Source: Gammaproteobacteria bacterium
GTDB taxonomy: Bacteria > Pseudomonadota > Gammaproteobacteria > UBA4575
Assembly: GCA_965214675.1 (NCBI GenBank)
Contig: OZ243969.1
Span: 129,001 to 193,000, forward strand
Reading direction: 5' to 3'
DNA: 64,000 bases
In this document: positions 10,801 through 22,073 of the stretch, in pieces
How the letters are laid out: each line of letters opens with the position of its first letter
Position numbering within the stretch: position 1 is the stretch's first letter
Position numbers and translations under genes: made by a program
The notes under the pieces: model-generated
Seen by the model: only the letters and a program-made list of their open reading frames with translations
Databases searched by the model: none
What the model was told of the DNA's origin: nothing

Positions 10801-11883
10801 TCCGCATTGGCCCGATGCCCGCACTCCACACATTCAAACGTACTTTGTGTTTTACGGTTCTGTTTATCTGTATGTCCACATTCATGGCACGTCTGACTCG
10901 TATACTGTGGGGCAACCTTCACTACACTGGACTTGTACGCCAGGCATTGCTCCAGCTTGTACCAGCTAGAGTTCAGGATGCCCTTGTTAAGTCCTTTTTT
11001 ACCTTTTCCACTAGCCGTCATGCCCTGCGTGTTCAGATCTTCCATGTAAACCGCGTTGTACTTGTCAGCAATCTCCCGGCTGACCTGGTGGCACCAGTTA
11101 GTACGTTTCTGTACGATCTTTTGCTGGGTTCTTGCAGAAAGATTTTTTGCTTTCAGGTAGCGATTGGATGGGGCAACACCCTTCTTTCTATTCCCTGCTT
11201 GTCTGCGTGCCATCATGCGCTGATACCGTCTTTTACGTGCCTCCAGCGTGGATATATCGGGCGTGCAGTACCTTTGCCCATCCGACAGGGTGATCTGTCC
11301 GACATTGCGGTCTATGCCCACAGGCTTGATTGAGGATGGCAGGGCAGTAATCTCAACCTCGTATACGATGTACGCGTACCACTTGCCAGCCTCGTATTTG
11401 AGGGTCCCGCTTTTTGCAATGCCGTCGGTGTAGGGATTGTTTCCACTGAGCCTGAGCTGCCCGATCTTCTGGACGTGCAGGTAATCACCCTGCAACCTGA
11501 ACAGGCTTGTGCCCAAAGGAATAGAGGGTACATGGGTGTATCGTCCATGGAATTTCGGCAGACCGCCTTCGCCCTTGAAAAACTGTTGGTAGGTTGTCTC
11601 GATGGGCTTTAACGCCAAGCGCACAATGTTTGCCGAGTAGTCTTGTAGCCACGGCTTCTGCCTTCTCAGGTTGGTGAAGCGAGGAAGAAGCGAATACCAG
11701 CGTGGATCGCACCGACCATACGCCGTGTATTCATCTTGCAGCACACCGACAAAGTGATTCCACACATAGCGGCAGGCCCCTGCCAGCTCATGCAGCCTGT
11801 GTGCCTTGGCCGGTGTCTGCGGGTGCAGACGATAACGAATCGTGCGGTACGTTTTCATATGCGGATTTTACTACATAATTCCC
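10672..11883 (-). mobile_element. TnpB-only insertion element (IS200/IS605-superfamily cargo) with about 24-bp imperfect terminal inverted repeats, copy 1
   Basis: Ends GGGAATTATGTACCTGAATCCGCA and the reverse complement of GCGGATTTTACTACATAATTCCC are 20/24 identical. Flanked by an 8-bp direct repeat. Single ORF encoding TnpB. No TnpA. Confidence 0.75.
10677..11858 (-). CDS. tnpB: TnpB RNA-guided endonuclease (OrfB), RuvC-like
   Basis: 393 aa. RuvC motifs GIDRNVG, YMEDLN and DADMNAALNI. Zinc finger CHECGH...CVECGH. 86% identical to the second copy at 23504-24685. Confidence 0.88.
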   Translation of the reverse strand: MKTYRTIRYRLHPQTPAKAHRLHELAGACRYVWNHFVGVLQDEYTAYGRCDPRWYSLLPRFTNLRRQKPWLQDYSANIVRLALKPIETTYQQFFKGEGGLPKFHGRYTHVPSIPLGTSLFRLQGDYLHVQKIGQLRLSGNNPYTDGIAKSGTLKYEAGKWYAYIVYEVEITALPSSIKPVGIDRNVGQITLSDGQRYCTPDISTLEARKRRYQRMMARRQAGNRKKGVAPSNRYLKAKNLSARTQQKIVQKRTNWCHQVSREIADKYNAVYMEDLNTQGMTASGKGKKGLNKGILNSSWYKLEQCLAYKSSVVKVAPQYTSQTCHECGHTDKQNRKTQSTFECVECGHRANADMNAALNILAFENGAAGRGGGRSSGPVKRQTGIESPADSGT

Positions 11884-11891
11884 TAATTATT
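11884..11891. repeat. target-site duplication TAATTATT (right copy), overlapping the rnd stop codon
   Basis: Identical to 10664-10671. Confidence 0.7.
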
Positions 11892-12990
11892 CTTCTTCCA
11901 GGAGCTGCTTGAGGTCGCTGCCGAGCAGGTCCAGACGCCAGTTCTGCAGCTTGTACAACTCTCCCGGTGTGCTGATCAGTGTTTCCAGCATGCTGCGGGT
12001 TGCCAGGAAGTTTGGTGCGATGCCGAGTTGTTCAGCACGCTCACAGACAAACGCCTTTGCCTGTTTGAGCAGTTTGCGCTGCTGACGCGACAGAGGTGGC
12101 TTTGTAGTTGCTTCTGGCCAGTCGTCTTTGGGTGTCTGCCTGGCCTTGTCTATGCAATTGAGCAGTTTGTCCGCATACCGATGCCTTTGTTTTCGACTCA
12201 GCACCTCAACCTCATCCAGGGCTGCGATGTTTTTGGGTTGTCGGATTGCGAGTTCACGCAGTGCCTCGTCCCGTATGATCCATTGCCTTGGCCTGTCTTG
12301 CTCCATTGCCTGCTGATTGCGCCAGCTTGCAAGCCACCTGAGGGTATTCAACTGTCTTGATGACAGCTTTCTGGCCCCCTTGACCGATTTCCACAGAGTA
12401 TCGGCATCTGTCCTGTATTTTTCCAAGTCATTCAGAGCCTCGCATTCACTCTCCACCCAATGTGAGCGGCCCTTAGCTGCGAGTTCATTTTTCAATATCG
12501 TGTATATCCGGGACAAATACCGCACATCATTGGCCGCATACTGGATGGCCTTGTCCGACAAGGGACGCTTTGTCCAGACCGTACGGGACAGGGATTTGTC
12601 CAGCTGCATGCCGCACAGCCTGTCGACCAACTGGGCGTAGCTGATCTGATCACCGTACCCGAGTGCACTTGCAGCAATCTGGGTATCGAAGACAGGATCG
12701 GGGATTTGACCATTGATCATGAGCAGGATTTCGAGGTCCTGTCGGCCGGCATGAAAAACTTTTGTGATGGTTTTCGAGACAAAAAGCTTATTCAGTGACG
12801 ACAAGTCATTTATGATGAGCGCGTCGACACAGGCAATCCGGGATTGCGTGGCTATTTGTATCAGACACAACTTGGGATAGTACGTGTCTTCTCGCATGAA
12901 TTCGGTGTCTACGGAAATCCAGTCCAGGCAGTTTGCATGTGTGCAAAAGGCCTCCAATTGATCCACACTGGTTATGATTTCAATTTCCAT
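11887..12990 (-). CDS. rnd: ribonuclease D
   Basis: DEDDy exonuclease motifs (VDTEF, HAGRQDLEIL, YAANDVRYL) and an HRDC-like C-terminus. Start set at MEIEIIT, which aligns with the E. coli MNYQMITT. Confidence 0.85.
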   Translation of the reverse strand: MEIEIITSVDQLEAFCTHANCLDWISVDTEFMREDTYYPKLCLIQIATQSRIACVDALIINDLSSLNKLFVSKTITKVFHAGRQDLEILLMINGQIPDPVFDTQIAASALGYGDQISYAQLVDRLCGMQLDKSLSRTVWTKRPLSDKAIQYAANDVRYLSRIYTILKNELAAKGRSHWVESECEALNDLEKYRTDADTLWKSVKGARKLSSRQLNTLRWLASWRNQQAMEQDRPRQWIIRDEALRELAIRQPKNIAALDEVEVLSRKQRHRYADKLLNCIDKARQTPKDDWPEATTKPPLSRQQRKLLKQAKAFVCERAEQLGIAPNFLATRSMLETLISTPGELYKLQNWRLDLLGSDLKQLLEEE

Positions 12991-13966
12991 TTCCGACAGT
13001 GTAACGGCAACTCGCCGATTGGCATATTGTTTGTGGGCATCCCTGCTATTGACAGCTTGCCAGGCAGGGTATGTGAATACTGCACATTTCAATGACTGGC
13101 TATCTCCTTTCTACGAAGATCACGAGCTGGTAGGAAAAATCTGGGATGCGAGAAAAAACATCTGGGTTACTGAGCAGAGGCTGTTCGATGAGTTGTCGGA
13201 ATACAGGTTCATTTTACTGGGAGAGGCGCATGACAATCCGGACCATCACCAGTTACAGGCCCGACTACTGAACCGACTTGCAACCACTGGAGAAAAGCCT
13301 GCAGTCGTTATGGAAATGCTGGCTCAAGAAGCCTGGCATGGACAACCGGTGTACTGGACAGATCTCGAATCGCTTCAGAAACAGGCGGTGTCACAAAATG
13401 CACGATGGCCATGGGACCTCTACACTCCCCTTTTGCAAAGTGTGGTGAATCATGGTCTTGAACTCGTGCCGGGCAATGTAAAGCGTGAGACCTTGCGTGA
13501 ACAGGTTCCTGATCTTGGGCCGGGCTGGCGCAAGGAACTGATTGCTCGATACTCGGTACCGGCCCAAGGCCTGAGACAGCTGGAACAGGAAATTACTGAA
13601 TCGCATTGCGGATATGTCGATTCAGACCACATAGGCTTTATGGTTGCAGCACAACTGCAAAGAGATCGTGTGTTGACTTCAGCCCTGACAGGCAGCAGAA
13701 CTCCCGTAGTGCTCATCGCAGGAAATGGGCACGTGCGCAATGACTATGGAGTGCCCATACAGTTGAAGAATGCCTATCGACATGATTCCATTCTGTCCGT
13801 TGCGTTGATCCCGGTACAGCCCGATAGGCTCATGCCCGATGATTACCTCGAGGGTGTTCAAAATGCATTCGATATTTTGTATTTCACGCCTTCCCACAGC
13901 GACGAGGATCCCTGCGAGCGGTTCAAGGGACAGTTGCAAAATCTGCGCAAGGGAGACACCGAATAA
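12974..13966 (+). CDS. ChaN-family (haem-binding uptake-like) lipoprotein
   Basis: Signal peptide with lipobox LLTAC. LLGEAHDNPDHH motif typical of ChaN/PF04187. Confidence 0.55.
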   Translation: MISISISDSVTATRRLAYCLWASLLLTACQAGYVNTAHFNDWLSPFYEDHELVGKIWDARKNIWVTEQRLFDELSEYRFILLGEAHDNPDHHQLQARLLNRLATTGEKPAVVMEMLAQEAWHGQPVYWTDLESLQKQAVSQNARWPWDLYTPLLQSVVNHGLELVPGNVKRETLREQVPDLGPGWRKELIARYSVPAQGLRQLEQEITESHCGYVDSDHIGFMVAAQLQRDRVLTSALTGSRTPVVLIAGNGHVRNDYGVPIQLKNAYRHDSILSVALIPVQPDRLMPDDYLEGVQNAFDILYFTPSHSDEDPCERFKGQLQNLRKGDTE

Positions 13967-14022
13967 GGAAAAATGATCATGCCGGGGACACCCTGGTGGA
14001 CAACCCGCGAGTGGTGCTCTGG

Positions 14023-14502
14023 TCAGTTTGCTTTTCTGACAGCGCGCAATACCTTGTACGCTATCGGCCACATCAGCATGCTGGTAAGTACGGGAGCCCA
14101 GTACAGCCATGATTTTGGATCTTCTCCCTGAATGCCTTGAATCCAGAGTAAAACGGCCATGTAAGGCAATATAGCAATCCCTGCAAACAACGCCTGCTGG
14201 TAAATCGGAAAATTTCTGGCGCGGATGTGAAAGCGGATGGCAATAAAGGCGAGGAGGGCAAAGCCCAGTGCATATTGCCCCAGTAGCGTGCCAAAGAGGA
14301 CGTCTACCAAAAGACCCAAAATCCACGCTATTCCAATACCTACATGTTCAGGCCAGGCGATCACCCAGTAAATAAGTGTGATGGCCAGCCAGTCTGGGCG
14401 CCAGGGTCCAGCCCAGTCCGGCAGGGGTATCAGCATCAGTATCAGAGCCACCAGCAAGGTGCCGCCCACGGCGCGAAATTTTAGCAAAAACTGGCTGTTC
14501 AT
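14023..14502 (-). CDS. mreD: rod shape-determining protein MreD
   Basis: 159 aa polytopic membrane protein. Position and similarity fit MreD. Overlaps the mreC stop by 4 nt. Confidence 0.85.
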   Translation of the reverse strand: MNSQFLLKFRAVGGTLLVALILMLIPLPDWAGPWRPDWLAITLIYWVIAWPEHVGIGIAWILGLLVDVLFGTLLGQYALGFALLAFIAIRFHIRARNFPIYQQALFAGIAILPYMAVLLWIQGIQGEDPKSWLYWAPVLTSMLMWPIAYKVLRAVRKAN

Positions 14503-15365
14503 CGGGTCTTTGTAGTGTTTTCTGCCGTTTTTGGGAATTGCCCTTCACTGTTGCGAAGCAAAAGGGTTTCACGAATCGTATTGAGGTCTGTCAGGGGCTT
14601 GGCTTCAACCCGGACAAAGGCCTCGCCTGCAATCTGCTGGATACTTACGATCTCAGCCACGGGGTAATTGGGGGGATAGAGTCCATCTAGACCGGAAGTT
14701 GTAATGAGATCCCCAATTTGCATATCCGTCTCATTGACGAGGTGTCGAAGCTCGAGCTTGTCATTACTTCCCGTACCCACCACCAGGCTACGCTGTCCAC
14801 TTCTGGCAATCACACCCAGCAGGGCGTGGTTGGAATCTGTCACTAATATTGCAATGGAACTGAAGGGGCCCGCTTTGTCTATCTGGCCAATAATACCCTT
14901 GGCCCCCAGCAAGGGCTGTCCCTCGTAGACGCCGTCTCGTGTCCCCTTGTTCAGGACAATACGGTGACGGTAAGGATCGAGATCAATGGAAAGCAATTCT
15001 GCGATCAGGACCTGCCCCTCTTCAAGCTGCTTGGCAGAAGAAAATAGTTCGCGAAGACGTGCATTTTCCTGTTCCAGGACTGCGAGTTTTTGCAACTGCA
15101 AGCCAAGAAGTATCTGATCAGCGCGTAGCCGGGCATTTTCATTCAGCAATTTTTTGCGGCTGGAAAGTGCTTCCGTACTCGCTTGATAGATATTTAAGGG
15201 TAATGAGGCCAAATACTTTACGGGGTACACCACCACACTGATGCCCGAGCGCAAGAAGCCTAAATAATTGTAGTGGTAATCAGTGATCATCATGCCGACA
15301 GACAGCATGGCAAAAAGGATCAGTTTTACAGATGCAGACGGGTTGAGGATAAACAGTGGCTTGAT
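14499..15365 (-). CDS. mreC: rod shape-determining protein MreC
   Basis: Strong colinearity with E. coli MreC (QENARLRELF, YEGQPLLGAKGIIGQI). The conserved N-terminus (M)KPLFILNPSASVKLILF lies upstream of the first ATG. The codon in the position of Met is ATC, preceded by AAGGGGGAG. Confidence 0.78.
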   Translation of the reverse strand: MKPLFILNPSASVKLILFAMLSVGMMITDYHYNYLGFLRSGISVVVYPVKYLASLPLNIYQASTEALSSRKKLLNENARLRADQILLGLQLQKLAVLEQENARLRELFSSAKQLEEGQVLIAELLSIDLDPYRHRIVLNKGTRDGVYEGQPLLGAKGIIGQIDKAGPFSSIAILVTDSNHALLGVIARSGQRSLVVGTGSNDKLELRHLVNETDMQIGDLITTSGLDGLYPPNYPVAEIVSIQQIAGEAFVRVEAKPLTDLNTIRETLLLRNSEGQFPKTAENTTKTR

Positions 15366-15473
15366 GGTTGACTCCCCCTTAACGTCGGGCCAGTACTCCG
15401 GGCTTTCAGTGTTTGATCATAGCAGACATCGATTTTGTCCGCCGAATATCCCGTGTGGCTTCTGCTTGCAGAT

Positions 15474-16520
<1,047 letters not shown>

Positions 16521-16747
16521 CTAAACTGCAGGCTTATATCTGATAGGAGTGAGGCGCTACTCTAGCAGTGGCTAAAATTTTGAGCAAGGCCATATGCAAG
16601 TATGGTAGTTTGAAGTGCCTGCATTTGTCCCAAGGGGGTGAGTGCCATCCGCATGCCGGGCGATACGCTGCGCATGCTGAATCACCCGCCAGGGTGAATG
16701 TGGACACGTGGTCATAAACCGGTTTGGTCAAATCTAGGGTTCTTGCT

Positions 16748-17035
16748 ATGTCTATATCACTTGAGGAAGTTCTTCAGATCAGTTATCTGGCAAGGCTGCA
16801 TGTTGATGAAGAGCAAGCTGTTCAATATGCCGCAGACCTGTCGAAAATACTTGCATGGGTACAGCAGATGAGCCAGGTGGATACTCGGGACATCGTGCCG
16901 ATGGCACACCCGCTCGATGTCATACAGCCTCTGCGTGAAGACAAGGTGACCGAAACAGATCAGCGGGAAAAATTCCAGGCCATTGCGCCACGTACGGATC
17001 GGGGACTTTATCTCGTGCCGAAGGTGATTGAATAG
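16748..17035 (+). CDS. gatC: Asp/Glu-tRNA amidotransferase subunit C
   Basis: 95 aa. Immediately precedes gatA and gatB. Confidence 0.9.
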   Translation: MSISLEEVLQISYLARLHVDEEQAVQYAADLSKILAWVQQMSQVDTRDIVPMAHPLDVIQPLREDKVTETDQREKFQAIAPRTDRGLYLVPKVIE

Positions 17036-17070
17036 TCTTAGGCACGGGCACTACATGGACCACCGTTATC

Positions 17071-18528
17071 GTGATGGATAATCTTTCTGTTTCACAGCTA
17101 GCAGCCGGCTTGAATGATGGGGAATTCTCCAGTGTGGAGCTCACCCGGCATTTTTTACAACGCATACAGTCTCACACAGAACTCAATGCCTTCATTACTC
17201 AAATGGATGAGCATGCAATCATGCACGCCCGTCGTGCCGACAAACTCATCAAGGAAAGAAAACACGGACCGCTGACTGGTATACCGCTTGCACACAAGGA
17301 CATATTTTGTATGGACGGTACCAAGACATCGTGTGGCTCAAGAATGCTGGAAAATTTTGTTGCACCTTACAATGCAACGGTTGTTGACAAGCTTGAGCAG
17401 GCAGGCTGCGTGGTTTTGGGCAAAACCAACATGGATGAATTCGCCATGGGCTCCTCCAATGAGAACAGCTACTTCGGGCCGGTAAAAAATCCTTGGAATA
17501 CCGATCATGTGCCAGGAGGTTCATCAGGCGGATCAGCGGCTGCAGTCGCCGCACGCCTGGTCCCGCTCGCGACCGGCACAGATACCGGCGGGTCAATCCG
17601 CCAGCCAGCTGCATTTTGTGGAATCACAGGGCTGAAGCCGACCTACGGTCGCGTTTCACGCTACGGCATGATCGCCTACGCATCGAGCCTTGACCAAGCG
17701 GGTCCACTGGCAAAGTCGGCACACGACTGTGCCTACCTGATGCAAGCCATGGCCGGCTTTGATGAAAGGGATTCAACATGTATGGACGAGCCGGTGCCGG
17801 CCTATACGCAAGTCCTGGGCCAGCCATTGCAAAATAAGGTGATCGGTATCCCTGACGAATACTTTGGTGAGGGCTTGGACTCCGGGGTACGGGAAGTCAT
17901 TGCCCAGGCGATCACCTGGGCTGAAGATCAGGGATGTATCATCAAGCCTATTCGCTTACCGAACACGGAACTGGCCATTCCTGCCTATTACGTCATAGCA
18001 ACAGCAGAATGTTCCTCGAATCTGTCTCGTTTTGACGGAATCCAGTATGGACATCGCTGCCAGGACCCGGAAGATTTGCATGACTTGTACTGCCGCAGTC
18101 GAAGTGAGGGATTCGGTATGGAAGTCAAGCGCCGTATCATGGTTGGAACCTATGCACTGTCCAAGGGTTATTACGATGCCTACTACCTGAAGGCGCAGCA
18201 GGTGCGCCGCCTGATCAGTGCGGACTTTGAAAAGGCATTTCAGACCGTCGATTTTATTTTGGGGCCGACGTCACCGGAGCCTGCCTTCAGGATCGGTGAA
18301 AAAACCAATGACCCGGTGACCATGTATCTGTCAGATATCTATACGATTTCAGTCAACCTTGCAGGGGTGCCAGCAGTTTCGATTCCATGCGGCATGTGCC
18401 AAGGGCTGCCTGTGGGTATGCAGTTGATTGGCAACTACCTCACAGAAGACAAGCTGCTGAATTTTGCGCATCAGTATCAGCTGGCAACAGACTGGCATCT
18501 GCAGAGTCCTCCCCGGTATAGCGAATAG
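17071..18528 (+). CDS. gatA: Asp/Glu-tRNA amidotransferase subunit A
   Basis: Amidase signature [12 protein letters not shown]. 485 aa. Confidence 0.95.
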   Translation: MMDNLSVSQLAAGLNDGEFSSVELTRHFLQRIQSHTELNAFITQMDEHAIMHARRADKLIKERKHGPLTGIPLAHKDIFCMDGTKTSCGSRMLENFVAPYNATVVDKLEQAGCVVLGKTNMDEFAMGSSNENSYFGPVKNPWNTDHVPGGSSGGSAAAVAARLVPLATGTDTGGSIRQPAAFCGITGLKPTYGRVSRYGMIAYASSLDQAGPLAKSAHDCAYLMQAMAGFDERDSTCMDEPVPAYTQVLGQPLQNKVIGIPDEYFGEGLDSGVREVIAQAITWAEDQGCIIKPIRLPNTELAIPAYYVIATAECSSNLSRFDGIQYGHRCQDPEDLHDLYCRSRSEGFGMEVKRRIMVGTYALSKGYYDAYYLKAQQVRRLISADFEKAFQTVDFILGPTSPEPAFRIGEKTNDPVTMYLSDIYTISVNLAGVPAVSIPCGMCQGLPVGMQLIGNYLTEDKLLNFAHQYQLATDWHLQSPPRYSE

Positions 18529-18541
18529 AGGTGCAGGGTAG

Positions 18542-19978
18542 ATGACACGGTGGGAGGCAGTGATCGGATTGGAGATTCATGTGCAACTGGCCACACAGAG
18601 CAAGATTTTTTCCGCTGCCTCCACGGCATTCGGGGCTGAACCCAATACCCAGGCATGTGCAGTGGATCTGGGGTTACCCGGAGTGCTGCCGGTATTGAAT
18701 CATGAAGCGGTACGCATGGCCGTCATGTTCGGCCTCGCTACCGATGCAGCAATTGCACAGCGCAGTATTTTCGCGCGAAAAAATTATTTCTACCCGGACC
18801 TGCCGAAAGGTTATCAGATCAGCCAGTATGAACTCCCGATCGTTGAGGGCGGGCAACTGGAAATCGCACTGCAGGATAAGGGACACAAGGTCATCGGAAT
18901 TACGCGTGCGCACCTGGAAGAGGATGCCGGCAAATCATTGCATGAGGAGTTTGATGACCTTACGGGTGTCGATCTGAACCGCGCAGGTACGCCCCTGATT
19001 GAGATCGTATCAGAGCCCGATATGCGTTCCGCAAAAGAGGCCATCGCGTATATGAAAAAAATCCATTCAATTGTGCGTTACCTGGGAATTTCTGATGGCA
19101 ACATGCAGGAGGGCTCATTTCGATGTGATGCAAATGTTTCCGTGCGCCAGGCGGGCCAGGAAACACTGGGTACACGCACAGAGACTAAAAACCTCAACTC
19201 CTTCCGGTTTGTGGAGCGCGCGATCGATTTTGAAATTGATCGGCAGATCGCGGTGCTCGAGGATGGCGGCGAGATCGTTCAGGAAACACGGCTGTATGAC
19301 GCCAGTAAAGGCATAACGCGCCCGATGAGAAGCAAGGAGCACGCCAATGACTACCGCTACTTTCCAGACCCGGACCTGCTGCCTGTCGTCATCGAACCGG
19401 AGATGATTGAAGCCATCAGGCAACAGCTGCCCGAGCTGCCATCTGAAAAAGCTTCACGTTTCTGCAAGCAATACGGACTCGATATCCATGATGCAGAAAA
19501 CTTGTCCATCAGCAGGGAGGTTGGAGAATATTTTGAACGCACTGTACAGGATACGGATGCCGAGGCTAAACAGGTGGCCAACTGGATTGTGGGTGAACTC
19601 ACTGGCGCCTTGAACCAGGACACTATTGAAATAACTGAAAGTCCTGTTTCAAGCTCGATGCTTGCTTGCCTTCTTGATCGCATCGAAGACGGCACAATCT
19701 CCGGCAAAATTGCAAAGGATATTTTCCGTTTGATGTGGATGGGGGAGGGGGATGCCGACCAGATCATTGAATCCCAGGGCCTCAGGCAGATTACTGATGG
19801 CTCGGAAATTGAAAAGCTGGTCGATCAGGTTCTGCAGAATAATCCTGCACAGGTGGAGCAGTTCCGCTCTGGCAAGGACAAGGTGTTCGGTTTTTTTGTG
19901 GGCCAGGTTATGAAGCTTTCCAAAGGCAAGGCCAATCCGAAACAGGTCAATAGTCTGCTAAGGCAAAAGCTGCAGTAG
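18542..19978 (+). CDS. gatB: Asp/Glu-tRNA amidotransferase subunit B
   Basis: 478 aa. Full-length GatB similarity. Confidence 0.95.
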   Translation: MTRWEAVIGLEIHVQLATQSKIFSAASTAFGAEPNTQACAVDLGLPGVLPVLNHEAVRMAVMFGLATDAAIAQRSIFARKNYFYPDLPKGYQISQYELPIVEGGQLEIALQDKGHKVIGITRAHLEEDAGKSLHEEFDDLTGVDLNRAGTPLIEIVSEPDMRSAKEAIAYMKKIHSIVRYLGISDGNMQEGSFRCDANVSVRQAGQETLGTRTETKNLNSFRFVERAIDFEIDRQIAVLEDGGEIVQETRLYDASKGITRPMRSKEHANDYRYFPDPDLLPVVIEPEMIEAIRQQLPELPSEKASRFCKQYGLDIHDAENLSISREVGEYFERTVQDTDAEAKQVANWIVGELTGALNQDTIEITESPVSSSMLACLLDRIEDGTISGKIAKDIFRLMWMGEGDADQIIESQGLRQITDGSEIEKLVDQVLQNNPAQVEQFRSGKDKVFGFFVGQVMKLSKGKANPKQVNSLLRQKLQ

Positions 19979-19990
19979 TCTCCGCAGTCT

Positions 19991-20839
19991 TCACTGTGAA
20001 CCGTCACTGCCCAGGCGCGCGTAACTGACACGGTCCAGTCCCGACAGGTCCTGACAGGTACGAATCTGTTCGAACCTGTTTTGGCGAAGCAGTCGCTGGG
20101 TATCCTTGCCCTGCGTAAAGCCGTGTTCCGCTACCAGCCATCCACACGGGGTCAGGTGTCGGCCTGACCGGCTGATGATCATCTCAAGGGCTTCCAGCCC
20201 AGATGTTCCACTGACAAGTGCCAGGGCCGGCTCATACTCTTTCACGTGAACATCAAGGTCCGGATCTCCTGCTGCTACATAGGGTGGATTGGAAACAATA
20301 ACATCGAATCTGTCAGACCCCAGGTTCTCGTACCAGTTGCTATGGATAAAAGTGATTTCAGTACCGTGGCGCTCAGCATTCCTTTGCGCAACCTCCAAGG
20401 CCGGCTTGGAAATATCGGTGGCTACCACAGAGCATTGACTGCGTTCCTTGGCAATGGCGATGGCAACGGCCCCGGAACCCGTGCCGAGGTCAAGGATCCT
20501 CAGGCTCTTATGCTCAGGTATGGACTGCAGGGCAATCTCCACCAGCAATTCCGTTTCCGGGCGGGGAATCAGTACATGCTCATTGACGGTGAAGTCCAGA
20601 GACCAGAATTCCTTTTGTCCTGAAATATAGGCCAAGGGCTTGCCTTGTAGCCGGCTGGAAAAACAGGACCTGAAGAGACTTTCTTCCGTGCAGGACAGCT
20701 GTGTCTCGGGATGGGCAAATAGCCTGACTTGTTCGATGTTGCATGCATGACAGACCAGCAGCTGTGCATCCAGTCTTGGATTGTCGCTAACCGTGACGAG
20801 TTTTTCTGCGGCAAGATCTACCGCTTGCTGAAACGTCAT
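19991..20839 (-). CDS. prmC: release factor glutamine N5-methyltransferase
   Basis: NPPY motif (VIVSNPPYV) and SAM motif LDLGTGSGA. Downstream of prfA. Confidence 0.9.
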   Translation of the reverse strand: MTFQQAVDLAAEKLVTVSDNPRLDAQLLVCHACNIEQVRLFAHPETQLSCTEESLFRSCFSSRLQGKPLAYISGQKEFWSLDFTVNEHVLIPRPETELLVEIALQSIPEHKSLRILDLGTGSGAVAIAIAKERSQCSVVATDISKPALEVAQRNAERHGTEITFIHSNWYENLGSDRFDVIVSNPPYVAAGDPDLDVHVKEYEPALALVSGTSGLEALEMIISRSGRHLTPCGWLVAEHGFTQGKDTQRLLRQNRFEQIRTCQDLSGLDRVSYARLGSDGSQ

Positions 20840-20851
20840 GTTCGATGTCCG

Positions 20852-21937
20852 TCACGACTCATTCAGGGATGCAAGCTGGTCAGCCTGGTATTCGTTGCGC
20901 AAAGGCTGGATGACCGGGTCCAGGTCTCCTTGCATCAGTTCATCAAGCTTGTACAGTGTCAGGCTGATGCGATGGTCAGTGATACGGCCTTGCGGGAAAT
21001 TGTACGTACGGATTCGCTCGGACCGGTCGCCACTTCCCACCAGGCTGCGGCGGGCTTCGGCCTGCTCCTCGATTTGCCTTTTTCTTTCCTGGTCCAGCAG
21101 TCGGGCACTGAGCAGCGACATTGCACGCGCGCGATTCTTGTGTTGCGATCTTTCATCCTGGCATTCAACGACAATTCCACTGGGGATGTGCGTGATGCGT
21201 ATGGCAGAGTCCGTCTTGTTGACGTGCTGACCCCCTGCACCGGAAGCCCGGAATATATCAATACGCAAATCATTGTTGTCGATCTCAACATTATCGATTT
21301 CACTGACCTCCGGCATGATCGCGATGGTAGCTGCCGAGGTGTGGATCCGCCCTTGTGACTCGGTCACAGGCACACGCTGCACCCTGTGTGCTCCTGACTC
21401 AAACTTCAGGTTGGAATACACATCCGTGCCTGAAATCTTGGCGATGATTTCCTTGTATCCCCCATGATCCCCTTCGCTTTTGTTGAGCACCGCCAATTTC
21501 CATTTTTTGCTTTCTGCATAACGGGAGTACATACGAAACAGATCGCCGGCAAAAATGGCTGCCTCATGACCTCCGGTACCCGCGCGTATCTCCAGGAATA
21601 CATTGCCCTGGTCATGCGGGTCTTCAGGCAGCAGGAGCATCAGCAATTCTCTTTCCAGCTGGCTGATACGCTGGCCGGTGGTTTTCGTTTCCTCCTGGGC
21701 CATTTTTTTCAGATTCACATCCGGATCGTCCAGAAGTTCCTGTGCGTATTCAAGGTCTTGCATGGCGCGCTGGTATTCATTGAATTTGCTTACAATGGAC
21801 TCCAGCTGCGCATATTCTTTTGAGAGTGCAGCGTAGCGGCCCTGATCATTGACGATATCCATGTCAGAAAGCTCCATGGCGATTTCCTCATGCCGCTCTC
21901 TGATGCCGTCGAGCTTACGAACTATTGAATCTTTCAT
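20852..21937 (-). CDS. prfA: peptide chain release factor 1
   Basis: GGQ motif ([14 protein letters not shown]). 361 aa. Confidence 0.95.
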   Translation of the reverse strand: MKDSIVRKLDGIRERHEEIAMELSDMDIVNDQGRYAALSKEYAQLESIVSKFNEYQRAMQDLEYAQELLDDPDVNLKKMAQEETKTTGQRISQLERELLMLLLPEDPHDQGNVFLEIRAGTGGHEAAIFAGDLFRMYSRYAESKKWKLAVLNKSEGDHGGYKEIIAKISGTDVYSNLKFESGAHRVQRVPVTESQGRIHTSAATIAIMPEVSEIDNVEIDNNDLRIDIFRASGAGGQHVNKTDSAIRITHIPSGIVVECQDERSQHKNRARAMSLLSARLLDQERKRQIEEQAEARRSLVGSGDRSERIRTYNFPQGRITDHRISLTLYKLDELMQGDLDPVIQPLRNEYQADQLASLNES

Positions 21938-22073
21938 AACGGGGGCTGTGTGTATTGAAGCCGGCTCCAGGGTAAACGGCCCCCGGCTGCCTGAGCTGCA
22001 ATTGTTGAGGTTGACCAGCTGTTGCTACATGCGCTGCACGCTTTCATCAAGGTACAGCTTATGACAGACAGGC

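Noticed and set aside
10713-11333. 206-aa + strand ORF inside the tnpB copy 1 region (and 24077-24490 on the - strand inside copy 2)
   Set aside because: Antisense to intact TnpB genes. The two copies' antisense ORFs are not conserved in length, so they are unlikely to be real.
13679-14326. 215-aa - strand ORF spanning the ChaN-like 3' end and mreD
   Set aside because: Overlaps two well-supported genes in other frames and has no motifs.
19979-19990. Looked for a terminator between convergent gatB and prmC
   Set aside because: Only 12 nt separate the stop codons and no hairpin is present. Unremarkable for tightly packed convergent genes.
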